Positions 13,830 to 28,032 of a DNA stretch of 64,000 nt are shown in pieces. The position numbers and the translations under genes are program-made. Source of the DNA: Octopus vulgaris (lineage: Eukaryota). Where the stretch lies: contig OX597830.1 in assembly GCA_951406725.2 (NCBI GenBank), positions 28,334,001-28,398,000 of the forward strand, written 5' to 3'. Below the pieces are notes generated by a model that saw nothing but the letters and a program-made list of their open reading frames with translations, was not told the origin of the DNA and did not search any database. The stretch's first letter is position 1. Each line of letters starts with the position of its first letter.

Positions 13830-15726
13830 CATATTTAGTTGGGGAGAAATTTATTGATGAAAAATGCCTCTTTATTCAACCTTTGCTACATTGTGGTGTT
13901 CTGTGAGCATTGGTAAAAGGGAAATATTTGGAAATTGGGATTAAGATTCCTGGCACACGTTTCTATGTGTTCACTCACCTTTAACTGTCTGTATTGTGGG
14001 TGGCGGATTAGCTCTTTGTGGATGGTAATTCTTTGACGGAGCGAAATTCCTGTTTGTCCAATATAGAGTTTACCACATCCTATGCATGTCATGACATAGA
14101 TTACATTTGCTGAGGCGCAGGTGAAATTTGATTTGATCTTAAATATTTCTCCCTGTTTGAATTGGAATTCTGAACCCTCCAGAAGGTGGGGGCATGTTCC
14201 ACAGTTAGAACGTCCACATTTTGTCACTTTTGGCTCTGTTGTTAGTGGATACAGTCTAGCGCTGTTTAATATTTTTTTCAGTGAGTTCGGTTGCTTTTGC
14301 TTTTTATAATTTTATATGCGCTTAAAATTTTGTTCATTGTTTTGTCTGTTGTGAGGATGGGAAGGTTTTGGGTGATGATGTTGAAGGCTTCGTTGTTTCT
14401 GGGGTTATGTGTGGAAATGTACGGGAGTATTTTTAAGTCTTGTTTAGTATTTCGGCTAGTTTTTCTTAACGTTTGTATATCTATTTCCTTAGCTCTTTTG
14501 ATGCCTTCATTTACTAACGAAATTGGGTAATGGCTTTTAGTTAGCGTAGATCTAAGTTCAAGGAGTCTATGTTCTCGAGTGTATGTATCGGAAACTATGG
14601 TGCAGATTCTTTTTACTAGGTTAAAGGGTATGTTGATTTTTATGTGTTTGGGGTGGCAGGAGTTAAATAATAGGTATTGTTTTGAATCTGTGGGTTTATA
14701 AAATATGTCTGTTTCTATGTGGTTGTTAACAATTCTAATTAAGATGTCTAGAAAAGGGAGTTACTTACTGTTATGTTCCATAGTGAATTGTATATTGCTG
14801 TGTATGTTGTTGAGCATTCTTTTGAAATCAAGGAGTTGATCCATGCTGTCTTTCCAAAGTATGAAGCAATCATCTAAATATCTCTTCCAGTTCTCCTTTA
14901 AGTAGCAATTAAAAGAGGCGCCATATTTTTCTAGTGATGATTGGTATAACTTGAGTTCGTGGTAACCCATTACGAGGTTTGCAATCACTGGAGCAGCTCT
15001 GGTCCCCATTGCAATTCCGCATTTTTGTCGATAGTAAGCAGTATCGAACATGAAGTGATTGTTTAGCAGGACGAATTTCAATGCTTCAATTATAAAATTG
15101 TGGTTAATTCGTCCTGGAATCTCTTCTGGGTATTTTTCTAGCCAAAATGTGATTGCTTCTATACCATAGTCGTGTGGGATGTTGGTGTATAGATTCACCA
15201 CATCGAAAGATACCAGTAGTGTTCCGTCCTTTACTGTCTTCGGGAGGTGGTTCAGCATGTCTAGGTCATCCCTGATAAAGCTTTTCACATATTCTAAGAG
15301 AGGTTTGAGTAATAAGTCGAGAAAGTTGCTCAAACGGTGGGTTTCACAAGAAGGACCAGCTATGATGGGTCTGAGTTTGAGGTCAGTAGGGGGAGGGACA
15401 TTAATGCATATGCTTGTAGAGACTTTGCAAGCTTCACAAATGAGTGGATTTTTATGTATTTTGGGTAATCCGTAGAATAGACTAGAACTGTATTTGAAAT
15501 TGGATAGATAGTCTATTTCATGTGTTGTAAGACCCTTTCCATGAATTTTGAGTAAGGAGGATAAGTTTTTCAGTGTTTTCTGTGGGTTGTTATAAGTTAG
15601 TTTATCATAGTAAGTATTATTTTCCAACATGGAAAGTATTAAATTTTTGTAGTACTGTGTATCCATCAATACTACCGCACTTCCTTTGTCGGCTTCTTTA
15701 ATAGTCAGGTTTATGTCATTTTTATA
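13830..15726 (-). mobile_element. Penelope-like retroelement (RT + GIY-YIG endonuclease), 5'-truncated and pseudogenised
   Basis: ORF 14761-15753 has PLE RT motifs FYGLPKIHK, LRPII, SFDVVNLYTNIP, GIAMGTRAAP and WKRYLDD. After an in-frame stop it continues LPFLDILI...FYKPTDSKQYL..SCHP. ORF 13886-14227 has a Cys-rich linker (CGRSNCGTC) and GIY-YIG NVIYVMTC..CGKLYIGQT. Stops and a frameshift are present. Confidence 0.95.
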
Positions 15727-15749
15727 CATACACACACACACACACACAC

Positions 15750-15821
<72 letters not shown>

Positions 15822-15822
<1 letters not shown>

Positions 15823-16192
15823 ATAAAAATGACATAAACCTGACTATTAAAGAAACCGACAAAGGAAGTGCGGTAGTATTGATGGATACACAGTACTACA
15901 AAAATTTAATACTTTCCATGTTGGAAAATAATACTTACTACGAGAAACTAACATATTACAACCCACAGAAAATACTGAAAAACTTACTCAAAATTCATGG
16001 AAAGCGTCTTACAACACATGAAATAGACTATCCATCCAATTTCAAATACAGTCCTAGTCTATTCTACGGATTACCCAAAATACATAAAAATCCACTCATT
16101 TGTGAATCTTGCAAAGTCTCTACAAGCCTATGCATTAATGTCCCTCCCCCTACTGACCTCAAACTCAGACCCATCATAGTCGGCCCTTCTTG
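15822..16192 (+). mobile_element. Inverted partial copy of the Penelope RT N-terminal region
   Basis: ORF 15801-16217 (YKNDINLTIKETDKG...LRPII) mirrors 15347-15726, with a 9-bp deletion and scattered substitutions. Confidence 0.93.
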
Positions 16193-16749
16193 GTGTGAAA
16201 ATACCCTTAAAATCTAAGGATTATTGTGCCCCCGAAACGGCCGTAATTGGTTTACCACCAGCAGTTTATCTGAACAGGATTACTTTTTACATATAGTTTT
16301 TAAAAAATCCAATCTCAATGCCACAATTTTTTCTTTATTCGCTCTTTTCGTAAGACATTATTTTATTCATATTTTTGTAAGAGCATCTTTATTCTTAAAT
16401 GATTTTTACAAAACCTTTTGATACGACAGTAATTCTAAGTTTCTCTCTATATATCTTTATATATCTATACTTTTATACATTTACACTTTTATAACTTAAT
16501 GCCATTCATCTATTGATATATGTATATTAACTTTTTATATATTTATGTATTCATAGATTCTTAATATTTAAATCGCTGATATATTTGTATATTTAAAAAC
16601 TGATATATATTTCTATGGGAGATTATATATTTGTATACATTATTGAAACTAGTTGAATTAGCCTTAGCATTTTACTATATCTTGCTTCTCTGGCTTTTTA
16701 TCTTCGCACTTCAAACTACTGTCAAATACAATACACCAAGAAACTTTAC

Positions 16750-16865
<116 letters not shown>

Positions 16866-16867
16866 TT

Positions 16868-17060
16868 GAGACGCAATGGCGCAGTGGTTAGTGCAGTAGG
16901 CTCGTGGTTGTAGGATCATGGTTTCGATTCCCAGACAGAGCGTTGTGAATGTTTATTGGCGAAAACACCTAAAAGCTCCACAAGTCTCCGGCATGGGGTG
17001 GTGACGATCCCTGCTGTGCTCTTTCGCCACACCTTTCTCTGACTGTTTCTTCTGAAGCGC
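16868..17060 (+). mobile_element. tRNA-derived SINE family C
   Basis: tggcgcagtggttag A box and ggtttcgattccc B box. Confidence 0.88.
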
Positions 17061-17138
17061 ATTGTCACCAGAGTTGTGTAGCAACATCTGATAGCCTGGT
17101 CGGTCAGGGTGATCACGTTTCTGCCGGCTCGCCGCCAC

Positions 17139-17170
<32 letters not shown>

Positions 17171-17174
<4 letters not shown>

Positions 17175-17329
17175 AGCACAGCAGGGATCGTCACCACACC
17201 ATGCCGGAGATTCGTGGAGCTTTTAGGTCTTTTCGCTCAATAAACAATCACAACACTCTGTCTGGGAATCGAAACCATGATCCTACAACCGCGAGTCGAC
17301 TGCCCTAACCACTGCGCCATTGCATCTCC
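17171..17329 (-). mobile_element. SINE family C, inverted partner of 16868-17060
   Basis: Reverse complement of about 16868-17025. Confidence 0.88.
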
Positions 17330-17330
17330 A

Positions 17331-17437
<107 letters not shown>

Positions 17438-17670
17438 TGTGTGCGTGTGTATCTCTTTGTGTGTCAGTGTTCCCCGTACACGACATCGCCTGATAGCTGA
17501 TGCTGCTGTGTTTCCGTCCCCGGTAACTTAGTGTTTCGGCAACAAAGACCGATAGATTAAGTACTAGGCTTACAAATATGTCCCGGGGTCGACTTCTTCG
17601 ACCAAAAACGGTGATCCAGCATGGCCGTAGTCAAATAACTGAATCAAGTAAAAGAATTAAAGAATAAAAG

Positions 17671-17703
<33 letters not shown>

Positions 17704-17884
17704 TAATAATAAATATTAGGGAATAAATCCAAATTTACAGGGAAAAAATCAGATTTAGGATTAAATCCAATTTTATAGTAAAATATTATATAATATTAAT
17801 TCGAGACAAAACCACTATTTTGCAAAACAAACAAGGAAAGACTTAATCAATACATAAAAATTTTAATATAAAGTAAATAAACCG

Positions 17885-17928
17885 CCACTACAATTGTTTC
17901 ATGTCTTCAAATGACATTCGTCATGTGG
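17885..17928 (-). ncRNA. Minimal type-I hammerhead ribozyme motif
   Basis: CCAC-aTGACGA-ATGTC(atttgaa)GACAT-GAAA-CAATTG-TA-GTGG. Only C3 deviates. Confidence 0.8.
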
Positions 17929-18040
17929 ATTTCCGATCTTCAACAATTGTAGTGGCGGTTTATTTACTTTATATTAAATTTTTTATGTATTAATTAAGTC
18001 TTTCCTTGTTTGTTTTGCAAAATAGTGGTTTTGTCTCGAA

Positions 18041-18104
<64 letters not shown>

Positions 18105-18189
18105 GTTAGTCTTCCGTTATATGACAGACCAACAAATATGTATTCCATCTAGTGAGAAGTAAATGTAATTTAATATACATACTACTTAA

Positions 18190-18390
18190 ATCTGGCAGAA
18201 TCGTTAGCGCGCCAGGTAAAAGCTTAGCGGCATATTGTCCCTATTCACGTTTTGAATGTAAATTTCCCTGCTGTCGATTCTGTCTGTCTTTCTGGGTCGA
18301 TAAAATAAGTACAAATTAAACACAAGTCGATTGAATCGCTTTCACTTCTCCACCGAACTCGCTGGTCCAGTGCCAAAATATGAAACGAAT
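18190..18390 (+). mobile_element. SINE family A (old)
   Basis: ctggcagaatcgttagcgcgcc...gggtcgataaaataagtac. Confidence 0.7.
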
Positions 18391-18724
18391 ATAAGCAATA
18401 TTTAAGAATGAGCTACTAATAGTTTCATGCCATGGAAACACAATAATTAGGCAGATTTATATAAGTTGCCTTGTATCGCCAAGTAACCTTTCAGGTTCAA
18501 TACACATCGATTTTTTAAAGAAATTAATGAAAGTAAATCTTCAGTTTCAGTTGATTTATCCCACTTTACATCCACAGATATATTTAAAGGCATAAAGCAC
18601 AGAACATTTGAACCCTGCACTGAAATGTGGAAGCAATTAAAATGCATGTGCAAATCGTTTATTAAAAGAGATACGAGCGAATGCGTTTATTTTCTAATGA
18701 TCTTTCCTGTTTAGTATGACCACA

Positions 18725-19047
18725 AACTGGCATTCTATCAGTTACAACAACAACTCTACCTGTTGATTCGATCAACGGAGCAACCGACTCGTGGAATTAG
18801 CTTGCAAGCGATTGAGCACACCATAAGCATGCGTGGTCTTAATGTAGTTCTCAAGGAGATTCAGTATGACGCAGAACGCGAGAAAGCTGGACCTTTGAAG
18901 TACACGTACAACTCATTTTTGCCAGCTGGGTGGGCAAGAGCAGCGTGAAATAAAGTGTCTTGCTCAAGGACACAAGAAAGCGCCACCGGAAATCGAACTG
19001 ACGACATTACGCTTGTGAGCCGAATATCTTAACCATTAAACCACGTC
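18725..19047 (-). mobile_element. SINE family D
   Basis: Reverse-complement homology to 8252-8555. Confidence 0.75.
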
Positions 19048-19459
19048 GTTTTTCGCGTTAAGTTGCATAACTTCGAACCATTTACTGACATAAGTTGAGG
19101 AATGCCTTTATTCATACTTTTGTTTAAAGCGTGGTTATCTTATCATCTTTAAGTCCCTCGCAACTGTTAGTTCTTTCTTAATTTAGGAGTCTGCTGATGT
19201 GTTTCTTTTCACTTCTAGAACATTTTTATTAGACTCAACAATAAGGAAATACATTTATATGACTTTAATTGTTTAAATGCTTTCAAACTGTCGCCAGTTA
19301 TTTCGGGAAAGAGGGAAAGTCGATTACACTGTTACCAGTGCTGAAATCGAATTTCTTTTCTCGACCCCGAAACATTGAAATTTAAAGTCGAAATTTGAAC
19401 TGAGAACGCAAAGACGGACGAAAAACCGCAAAGAATTTTGCCCGGCTCGCTGTTTTATA

Positions 19460-19845
19460 GTTGGATGATGGAAGCACTCCGTTGGTTACGACGATGAGGG
19501 TTCCGGTTGATCCGAATCAACGGAACAGCCTGCTCGTGAAATTAACGTGTAAGTGGCTGAGCACTCCACAGACACGTGCGTAGTTCTTGGGGATAGTCAG
19601 CGTGACACAGAGAGTGACAAGGCCGGCCCCTTGAAATACAGGTACAACAGAAACAGGAAGTAAGAGTGAGAGAAAGTTGTGGTGAAAGAGTACAGCAGGG
19701 ATCACCACCATCCCCTGCCGGATTCTCGTGGAGCTTTTATGTGTTTTCGCTCGATAAACACTCACAACGCCCGGTCTGGGAATCGAAACAGCGATCCTAT
19801 GACCGCGAGCCCGCTGCCCTAACCACTGGGCCATTGCGCCTCCAC
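19460..19845 (-). mobile_element. SINE family C (full length)
   Basis: Head ggaggcgcaatggcccagtggttag. The 3' part is shared with family D. Confidence 0.88.
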
Positions 19846-20251
19846 GTTTTATAGTTATAGATATTATAGTTATAATTATGGTATCTATTACAGGCAGTAA
19901 TACATTAAATTTGTTTAAGCAGTCTATGTATTTGATGCATTGTTGATGTCGAGACATTTTTCAGTGAAGGAAAACGTGTTGTGCTAGAGCAAACATATAT
20001 ACAAAATATGTTTTCTTTAATTTATATTTAACAAGTTTCTTTTAATATGTTGTTGCGAAATCGTCATCGGCTGGCTATAGGTAAACTTATATGGAAACGG
20101 AAATATTGAATATCAAACGAATATCTAAAGAACGGAGAAACATACGTAATATTAGGTGTGATTAAATGGAAGAAAAAAAATCATTCCTATATCGATCACA
20201 TCTACACACACACACACACACTTACACATGCACACACACATACATATGCAT

Positions 20252-20329
<78 letters not shown>

Positions 20330-20436
20330 GTTTATATATATTTATATATATATAATATTCGTGAAGTAAAATTATGTAGCAACACCAAATGGTGGTGCCC
20401 CAGCATGGTCACAGCTCTTGAGCTGAAACTAGATGA

Positions 20437-20479
<43 letters not shown>

Positions 20480-20489
20480 GATAAATAAG

Positions 20490-20568
<79 letters not shown>

Positions 20569-21812
20569 GTATGTAGATAGATTGATAGGATAATATATTA
20601 TTCATGCGTGAAATCGTGTGGCCAAGCGGTTTGGGTGTTGGACGCATGATTGTAGGATTATAGCCTCTATTCCGGGATCGGGTGGTGTGTTGTGTTCTTG
20701 AGCAGACCATTTCCCCTTCCTCTGCGACCTCTTTGACAACTGACGTATGACGCATTCTGTTTGCTGTAAAACCTATGTCGTCTCGATGGAAGGAATGAGT
20801 ACAAGTTCAACACAAAAAATTATTCCCTTTAAACAAATCTTTTATGCAGGTTGCCCGACAAGGTATTGCAGAACCCTCGTTTGCATCAACGCCAGGAGAG
20901 CCCAATATATATAGAATTTAAACAATGTTTATTCATTTATTAGAATAATTTGGTCACTTCACTATTTTCAATCGTTCATTGCGACAACCGCCATAGAATC
21001 GAAAATGATAATGCATTCATTAATTCACTGAGAAACAGATAATCATTAAATAAAGTGTAATTGAATAGAAGCCTACGGTTCCTTAATTCCTTTCTTGGGT
21101 TGTTCAGTCTACTGTTTGATAATGAAGAGACTAGCTGCCCTTTACGTGATTAGAAATATTAGTCATTTTGTGTTCATCGTTTATTGAACTGAAGATGAAA
21201 GGCAAAAGGTGTCATTCTTCCTCTCGATGTACCTAGGTTGCGAATACGGAATCATTAATCACTTATGATACAGAAGATGAGGATCCGATTAAATATTGTT
21301 CATATTGTCGTACAAACTACTTAAAGTTTCAATTAATTTTTAATCAAAACCACACCCTGCCTTAGCAAAAATTGAAGAACAAAATACTCATTACTGCGAC
21401 TTCATTCACACTGAACGAATGCTAATTTATTACATCAGTGAGAATAATAAAATACTTTGAATAGACGCAAAACCCAAAGAATTACATATATAGACGTAAT
21501 TATTAGTAGTAACAGACTAAGAGCCAAGAACAAATGCAGGATTCTAAACATTTTTTAGATTTTTACCGTTTGTTGTTTCAGTTATTGAAATACGGCCATG
21601 CTGGGGCACTGCTTTGACATGTTGACTTGGTCAAACCGATACAAATATATTTATCTTTTAAAGTCTGGTGCTTTTGTACTTGATTTCTCGGTGTCTTATG
21701 CCAACACGCAAGTTACGAGGATGTAAGCAAAACAACACCGGTTGACAAGCGGTGGAGTCTTCAAAGATATACATGCACACACAAACAAACACGGACACAA
21801 ACACACACGCGC

Positions 21813-21859
<47 letters not shown>

Positions 21860-21997
21860 TTAATAATAAATATTAGGGAATAAATCCAAACTTACAGGGA
21901 AAATCAGATTTAGGATTGAATCCAATTTTATAGTAATATATTATATTGGCTTAAGTTTTTCATTGTTTGATTTGACTAATAGTGGTTTTGTCTATAA

Positions 21998-22049
<52 letters not shown>

Positions 22050-22152
22050 GCGTGTATGTGTCTGTGTGTGTATGCTTTGTACACTCAAGCACTCTTTGTT
22101 TACATCCCCGTATATATATATATGTGTGTGCTTGTGTGTGTGTGTGTGTGTG

Positions 22153-22445
22153 TGGAGGCACATGGCCTGGTGGCTAGAGCAGCGGACTCACGGTCGAGGG
22201 ATCGCCGGTTCAAATCTCAGACCGGGCGATGTGTGTGTTTATAAGCGAAACGACTAAGCTCCACGCAGCTCCGACAGAAGGTAATGGCGAACTTCTTTCG
22301 CCACAACTTTCTCTTACTCTTGCCTCCTGCATCTTGCAGCTCACCTGCGACGGACCGGCGTCCCGTCTAGATGGGGAACCTATACGCCAAGGAAACCGGG
22401 AAACCAACCCTATGAGCCAGGCGTGGCTCGAGAAGGAAGAAACAA
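22153..22445 (+). mobile_element. SINE family C variant
   Basis: ggaggcacatggcctggtggctag..ggttcaaatctc head. Confidence 0.8.
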
Positions 22446-22477
22446 AACAAATATATACATACATACACCCCCCCACA

Positions 22478-22517
<40 letters not shown>

Positions 22518-23583
22518 CACGCTCACACGCACGCACATACATACATAATACATATGACCTCTGTCAAGCCATGTCGAGTCAGTGCGGCAGAGTAAACTCA
22601 TAAAACCTGTAGGAACCCTCAAGCTCAAATTCTTGGTCACCGCATTGAACTGTGGTCGGGCTATAGAACATACTGAGATCCCCATGTACTTACATAAATA
22701 CGACGGCCTCCCATACAATTGCCGTGTACCAAATACACTCACAATAATTTAGTCGGTTCGGGACTATAGAAGAAGTCACTTATTCAAAGTACTGCACGAT
22801 AGAACTTGATCCAAAACCACGAGATGGCAAAGCAAGTTACTTAAGCATAAAATAATGCCATGCCTCTGTGTATCATGTACTTTTTAAGACGTCAGAAAGA
22901 TACATAAAAAGACATAAGTAAATAAACCTATCTTACGTATATATGACATGATATTGGGATATTTTCGGTAATTAGACGTTTCTACTTTGTTTTTTTCTTT
23001 TTTCTTTGCATCTCTTAATCAATGATATGCTTCTTGGCATAATTTATTCCCCCTGCGGTTGATATTCCTATTTAGGGTGTCTTATGAGACATACCATGTA
23101 TAAATAATCGGAATGTTTTAAACTCACCAGAGACAAAAACCCAGGGACTGTATGTTGCAGTACTTGACCTCTTATCTAATGTATAGTGACATCTGGTGGC
23201 ATCACCTGCTTCCTTCAGAAATATATATATATATATACACACACACATATATATGTATTAGTGTGTCGGTCTGTGCGTGTCTGTGTCTGTGTGCGTGTAC
23301 ATGTACGTATATATATATGAAAATGTACGTCATATAATATACATATGTATACGCATTTCTAAACGAAGTGGATACCATACTTGTGTGAGTGTGTATCTGC
23401 GTATATATATATATATATATGTATGTATGTGTGTGTGTGTGTGTGTGTGAGTGTGTGTGTGTGAAGATATATAAATTAATAACGTGGTTACGGCTCACAC
23501 AAATGAACACATTCTCATACCGATTACTTTCAACATACCCATACCTGCATAACAATTTAGACATACTGAGACAAGACAAATAT

Positions 23584-23661
<78 letters not shown>

Positions 23662-24365
23662 ATCTATCTATCTATCTATCAATCTATCTATTTATCTACC
23701 AACACCCATCTCTGTTATAATATTATGTTAATATTAAAGCAAATTTCTGACAATCAAAGTCTAGATATTCATTTACCTACGTATTTATTAAATAAACCTT
23801 TAACCAATCACTGTATAATATTTTCATCGTTTGAATTACATTGAAGACGTTCTGATGATCCTTAATTTCAAACATTTTCAGTGGAATTCTGTTGAAGTAC
23901 CGAAATATTTATCTACACAAGTTTATACATATGGCCGACAATCGTAGCACTTTTTGTCATATACCCTAAATATCAAGGTTACGATCCCCTATGTCTTCTA
24001 CAAAGAGGTTCGGAGATCTTAATAAAGGTAGGAATTCTTGCTCAAACAGCAGAACGAATTCGTATGATGTTATTCTCATAGTACCGTATGTTTTAGTGTT
24101 TCACGTGTCATACGCTGGTAATTTAAACAAGAAATACCAGCATGATCCATGACCCACGTGACTACAGGGTATACGTCATCGACAAACTCTAAGGAGTGCC
24201 AGACACTTATGGCATTCCAGTGAGTGACTTCTAGAACGATGCTCGTCAGGCTCTGTTATACAGCTCTATATTTAAGAGATGGGGAATTATGTACAATATT
24301 TACATTTGACGGGTATTTCATCAGGTGACTTGAGGTAATGAGAACCCAGGTTCAAAATTACCCCA

Positions 24366-24413
24366 AGATATCCGATGAAGACTGGAAGGTATATCATCCG
24401 AAACGTTGTGTTA
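24366..24413 (+). ncRNA. Decayed hammerhead motif
   Basis: atat-cCGATGA-a-gactg..catcc-GAAA-CG-TT-gtgtt. A deleted mirror arm at 24318-24330 retains CTGATGAA. Confidence 0.5.
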
Positions 24414-24574
24414 ACAACAAACAAGTTGAGGACAAATATCAGTCAAATGTACATAATGTAAATAACGTATGCTCTGTTATATAATGTCTATGAAGATATA
24501 TTCATAAAACAGCATCTTACCTGTCAATGATGTTCATATATTAAGTGTGACATAGTGATAGTATACATCTATAA

Positions 24575-25301
24575 TTCTCAAAACTTACAGATTTCAAAGT
24601 GCAAGCTTTCAGTGATTGGCGTGTTTACACATATTGTTACGCACCCAAACGAACTCATCCCAAGCATGCATTTGGTTGATCGCAGCTTAAGATCATGACA
24701 TTGGCGGAAGCGAATGAACAATTGGATTCTGACTGCATTCACACGCTGGAATTCATCCATCAACTAACGACACGGCCTTAGGCTCACTTCAGACGTCCCT
24801 CCCTATGAAGCTGCTGGAGACTGTGTTAAATTGTCTGGCTGGAGAGGTTTCAACTAGAAGCCATATATGCGGCAGTAGGATTCAGCTCCTGGTCATACCT
24901 CCTGAAATATATTGAAGCCGTTGTCGGAGAATTTCAACGACATCACCAGCCCCATTTTCTGACCTCCTAATTCTGATTGCTACACGATGTATTACCATGC
25001 ATGCGGCGTGGATGCTGTTGAGAAAGGCACAAACCGTACTGTCTGCAAAATGAAGGCCAAGAATCGGTGGCCAAGATCAAGATGTTCGAAAACCCTTTAG
25101 GAGCAGAGTGAGGCACACATGCGCCATGTTCTAGAGCCGCCTTGAGGTCATAGTGGAGCCTGAAAGCGCCAACTTTGAATAAACTGATATCACCAAGCTG
25201 TAATCGTTTATGTTTTTTTTATTTTTAAGAATAATTTTGCTTTCGAATAGGATATTTTTTCTTTTATACAAACTGTCAAATTTTGTTCGAACACTTTCAA
25301 T
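24575..25301 (+). mobile_element. Decayed Tc1/mariner-superfamily transposon (possibly DD37D/maT-like)
   Basis: Degenerate QQDSAPGHTS (about 24870-24900), F*PPNS-D (about 24955) and C-terminal [17 protein letters not shown]-like 3' end caaactgtcaaattttgttcgaacac. Confidence 0.7.
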
Positions 25302-25407
25302 GTATCTATATATATGTATATGCCTATATTTATAAATATATATATATATATATATGTATGTATATATATATATGTATATATATATATGTATATATATATA
25401 TGTATAT

Positions 25408-25535
<128 letters not shown>

Positions 25536-26404
25536 ATGCATTCAGACATACATATATAAATACTCACACACACATATACACTTACATGCAAGCACACACA
25601 CACATACACACACACACACACACGTGCACACATATATTTGTCTGCAACCTTTCATATTTCCATGGCTTCCATTAATCCATTGTCCTCACTCTTCAACCCC
25701 CTACCCTCAACCCGTCACCCAGTAACACATTTCAGCCCCACCACCACCACCACCGCTCGTTCCTTCCTTTACCATGTGACCCTTATAACTGCCCCCTTAC
25801 CCCTTACTATAACCTCGCACACAAGCTGCAATGCAGGCAGACTCCCACACGCTCAGATACACCTTATAGCAAATACATACACACTACAAACGCCACCCAT
25901 CTGGAGCTATAGCCACAGCTGTCTCCTCCCCACCGGTATGAACATCTTATAAGCAAGTTTTCCCCTGTTAACATTTTTTTCTCTCTCTTTTCCTTTCACT
26001 CCCCGTTCCCGTTTATTTATTTTTTTTTTTTTACTTTTTCGCTTTGGTTTTTGTAATTCCCAACATCCAGCTCTCCTTTTAACATTCTCAAGTTACGCAG
26101 CAACTTCCTTCCTTCCTTCCTTCTATCTATCTATATAGCCATCCATCCATCCAAACATGCCTTTATCCATTCTTTCTGGAATCCAACAACATTTCGCCTA
26201 GCCAGCAATCAAGCTAGCTGACTGAATCGTTAGATGGACACTTAGGTTCGCATATAAATGTCTCTCTCTCTCTCTCTTTCACTCTCTTTCTCTCTCTTTC
26301 TCTCTCTTTAACTACCTATCTCTGTATATATATATATACATACATACATACACACATATACATATATTTATGCATGTATATAAATACACGCACATATACA
26401 TATA

Positions 26405-26655
<251 letters not shown>

Positions 26656-26811
26656 GTTAAGACCGTCTGCATATCTTTCTATCTTTCTATCTATGAATAT
26701 GAATATCTAATTAGCTAATTATGCATAATACATAGATATGCATATACATACATACATACATACATATATGCATATGTATGCATATATTATATGTGTGTGT
26801 ATGTATATGTA

Positions 26812-27216
26812 TGGAGTGGCTGTGTGGTAAGTAGCTTGCTTATCAACCATATGGTTCCGGGTTCAGTCTCACTACGTGGCACCTTGGGCAAGTGTTTTCT
26901 AATATAGCCTTGGGGCGACCAAAGCCTTGTGAGTGGATTTGGTAGATGGAAACTGAAAGAAGCCCTTCGTATGTATCTATCTATATATAAATACGTGTGT
27001 GTGTATGTGTGTGTTCGTGTCTGTGTTTGTCCCCCAAAACATCGCTTGACAACCGATGCTGGTGTGTTTACGTCCTCGTAACGTAGTGGACCGTCAAAAA
27101 GCGACCGATAGAATAAGTAATAGGCTTACAAAGTATAAGTGCTGGGGTCGATTTGCTCGATTTTAGTCGATGCACCAGCATGGCCGCACTCAAATGACTG
27201 AAACGGATAAAAGAAT
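26812..27216 (+). mobile_element. tRNA-derived SINE family B with internal (TA)n(TG)n
   Basis: ggagtggctgtgtggtaag..gggttcagtc head, ccttgggcaagtg core and ccagcatggccgca..tgactgaaac tail. Confidence 0.9.
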
Positions 27217-27945
27217 ATGTATGTATATATATATATACAGAGATAGGTATACATATATGTATATGTATACTTATATAACATATACATAGATGTACATATA
27301 AATATGTGTATATACGTAAACACGCACGTACACACGCACACGTACACACATACTCACACATATATATATCATATATAGATAGTGCCCCTGCATGGCCATA
27401 GCCTCAGGGCTGAAGCACATAAGAGTAAAGGAGATACATGTGCATATGCATGCATTTATGTATGCAAGCATATTCAGGTCAAAAAGAAGGATAATTGAAA
27501 GTAATTAATACTAACAGATTGTAGGAAATAAAATTTAAACGATGCTAGACGTTTCCGAAGTACTTACTCCGAGTTTCACACTTCCGCTCTACAGACGAAT
27601 TATCTAAAGCGTTCTACTTCCTCCTTACGTTTTATGAACCTTTCAAATGCCAATGAATCTTCTCTATGAATACATAAACATATAGCATACATTGACATAC
27701 ACACACATATTCATTCGTACATATCTACATTTATATACACTTTATTTTTTACATCTGGTTTTCAAAGAAATCTTCCTTTTTCGAAAGCTTGTTTATGTGA
27801 CTCTGCGTGTGTGTGATTGCATGTATGTGTGTGTGTGTGTGTGTGTGTCTGTGTGTTTATTTACTCTTTTACTGTTGTAAAGTGTCTGCTGCCATTCTCA
27901 AATACCGCACATGCATATATGTAGGTACTCATGAAAACGAATGCA

Positions 27946-28032
<87 letters not shown>

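Noticed and set aside
16868-16945. Functional tRNA gene
   Set aside because: A/B boxes continue into the SINE body without an acceptor stem or terminator. It is a multi-copy SINE head.
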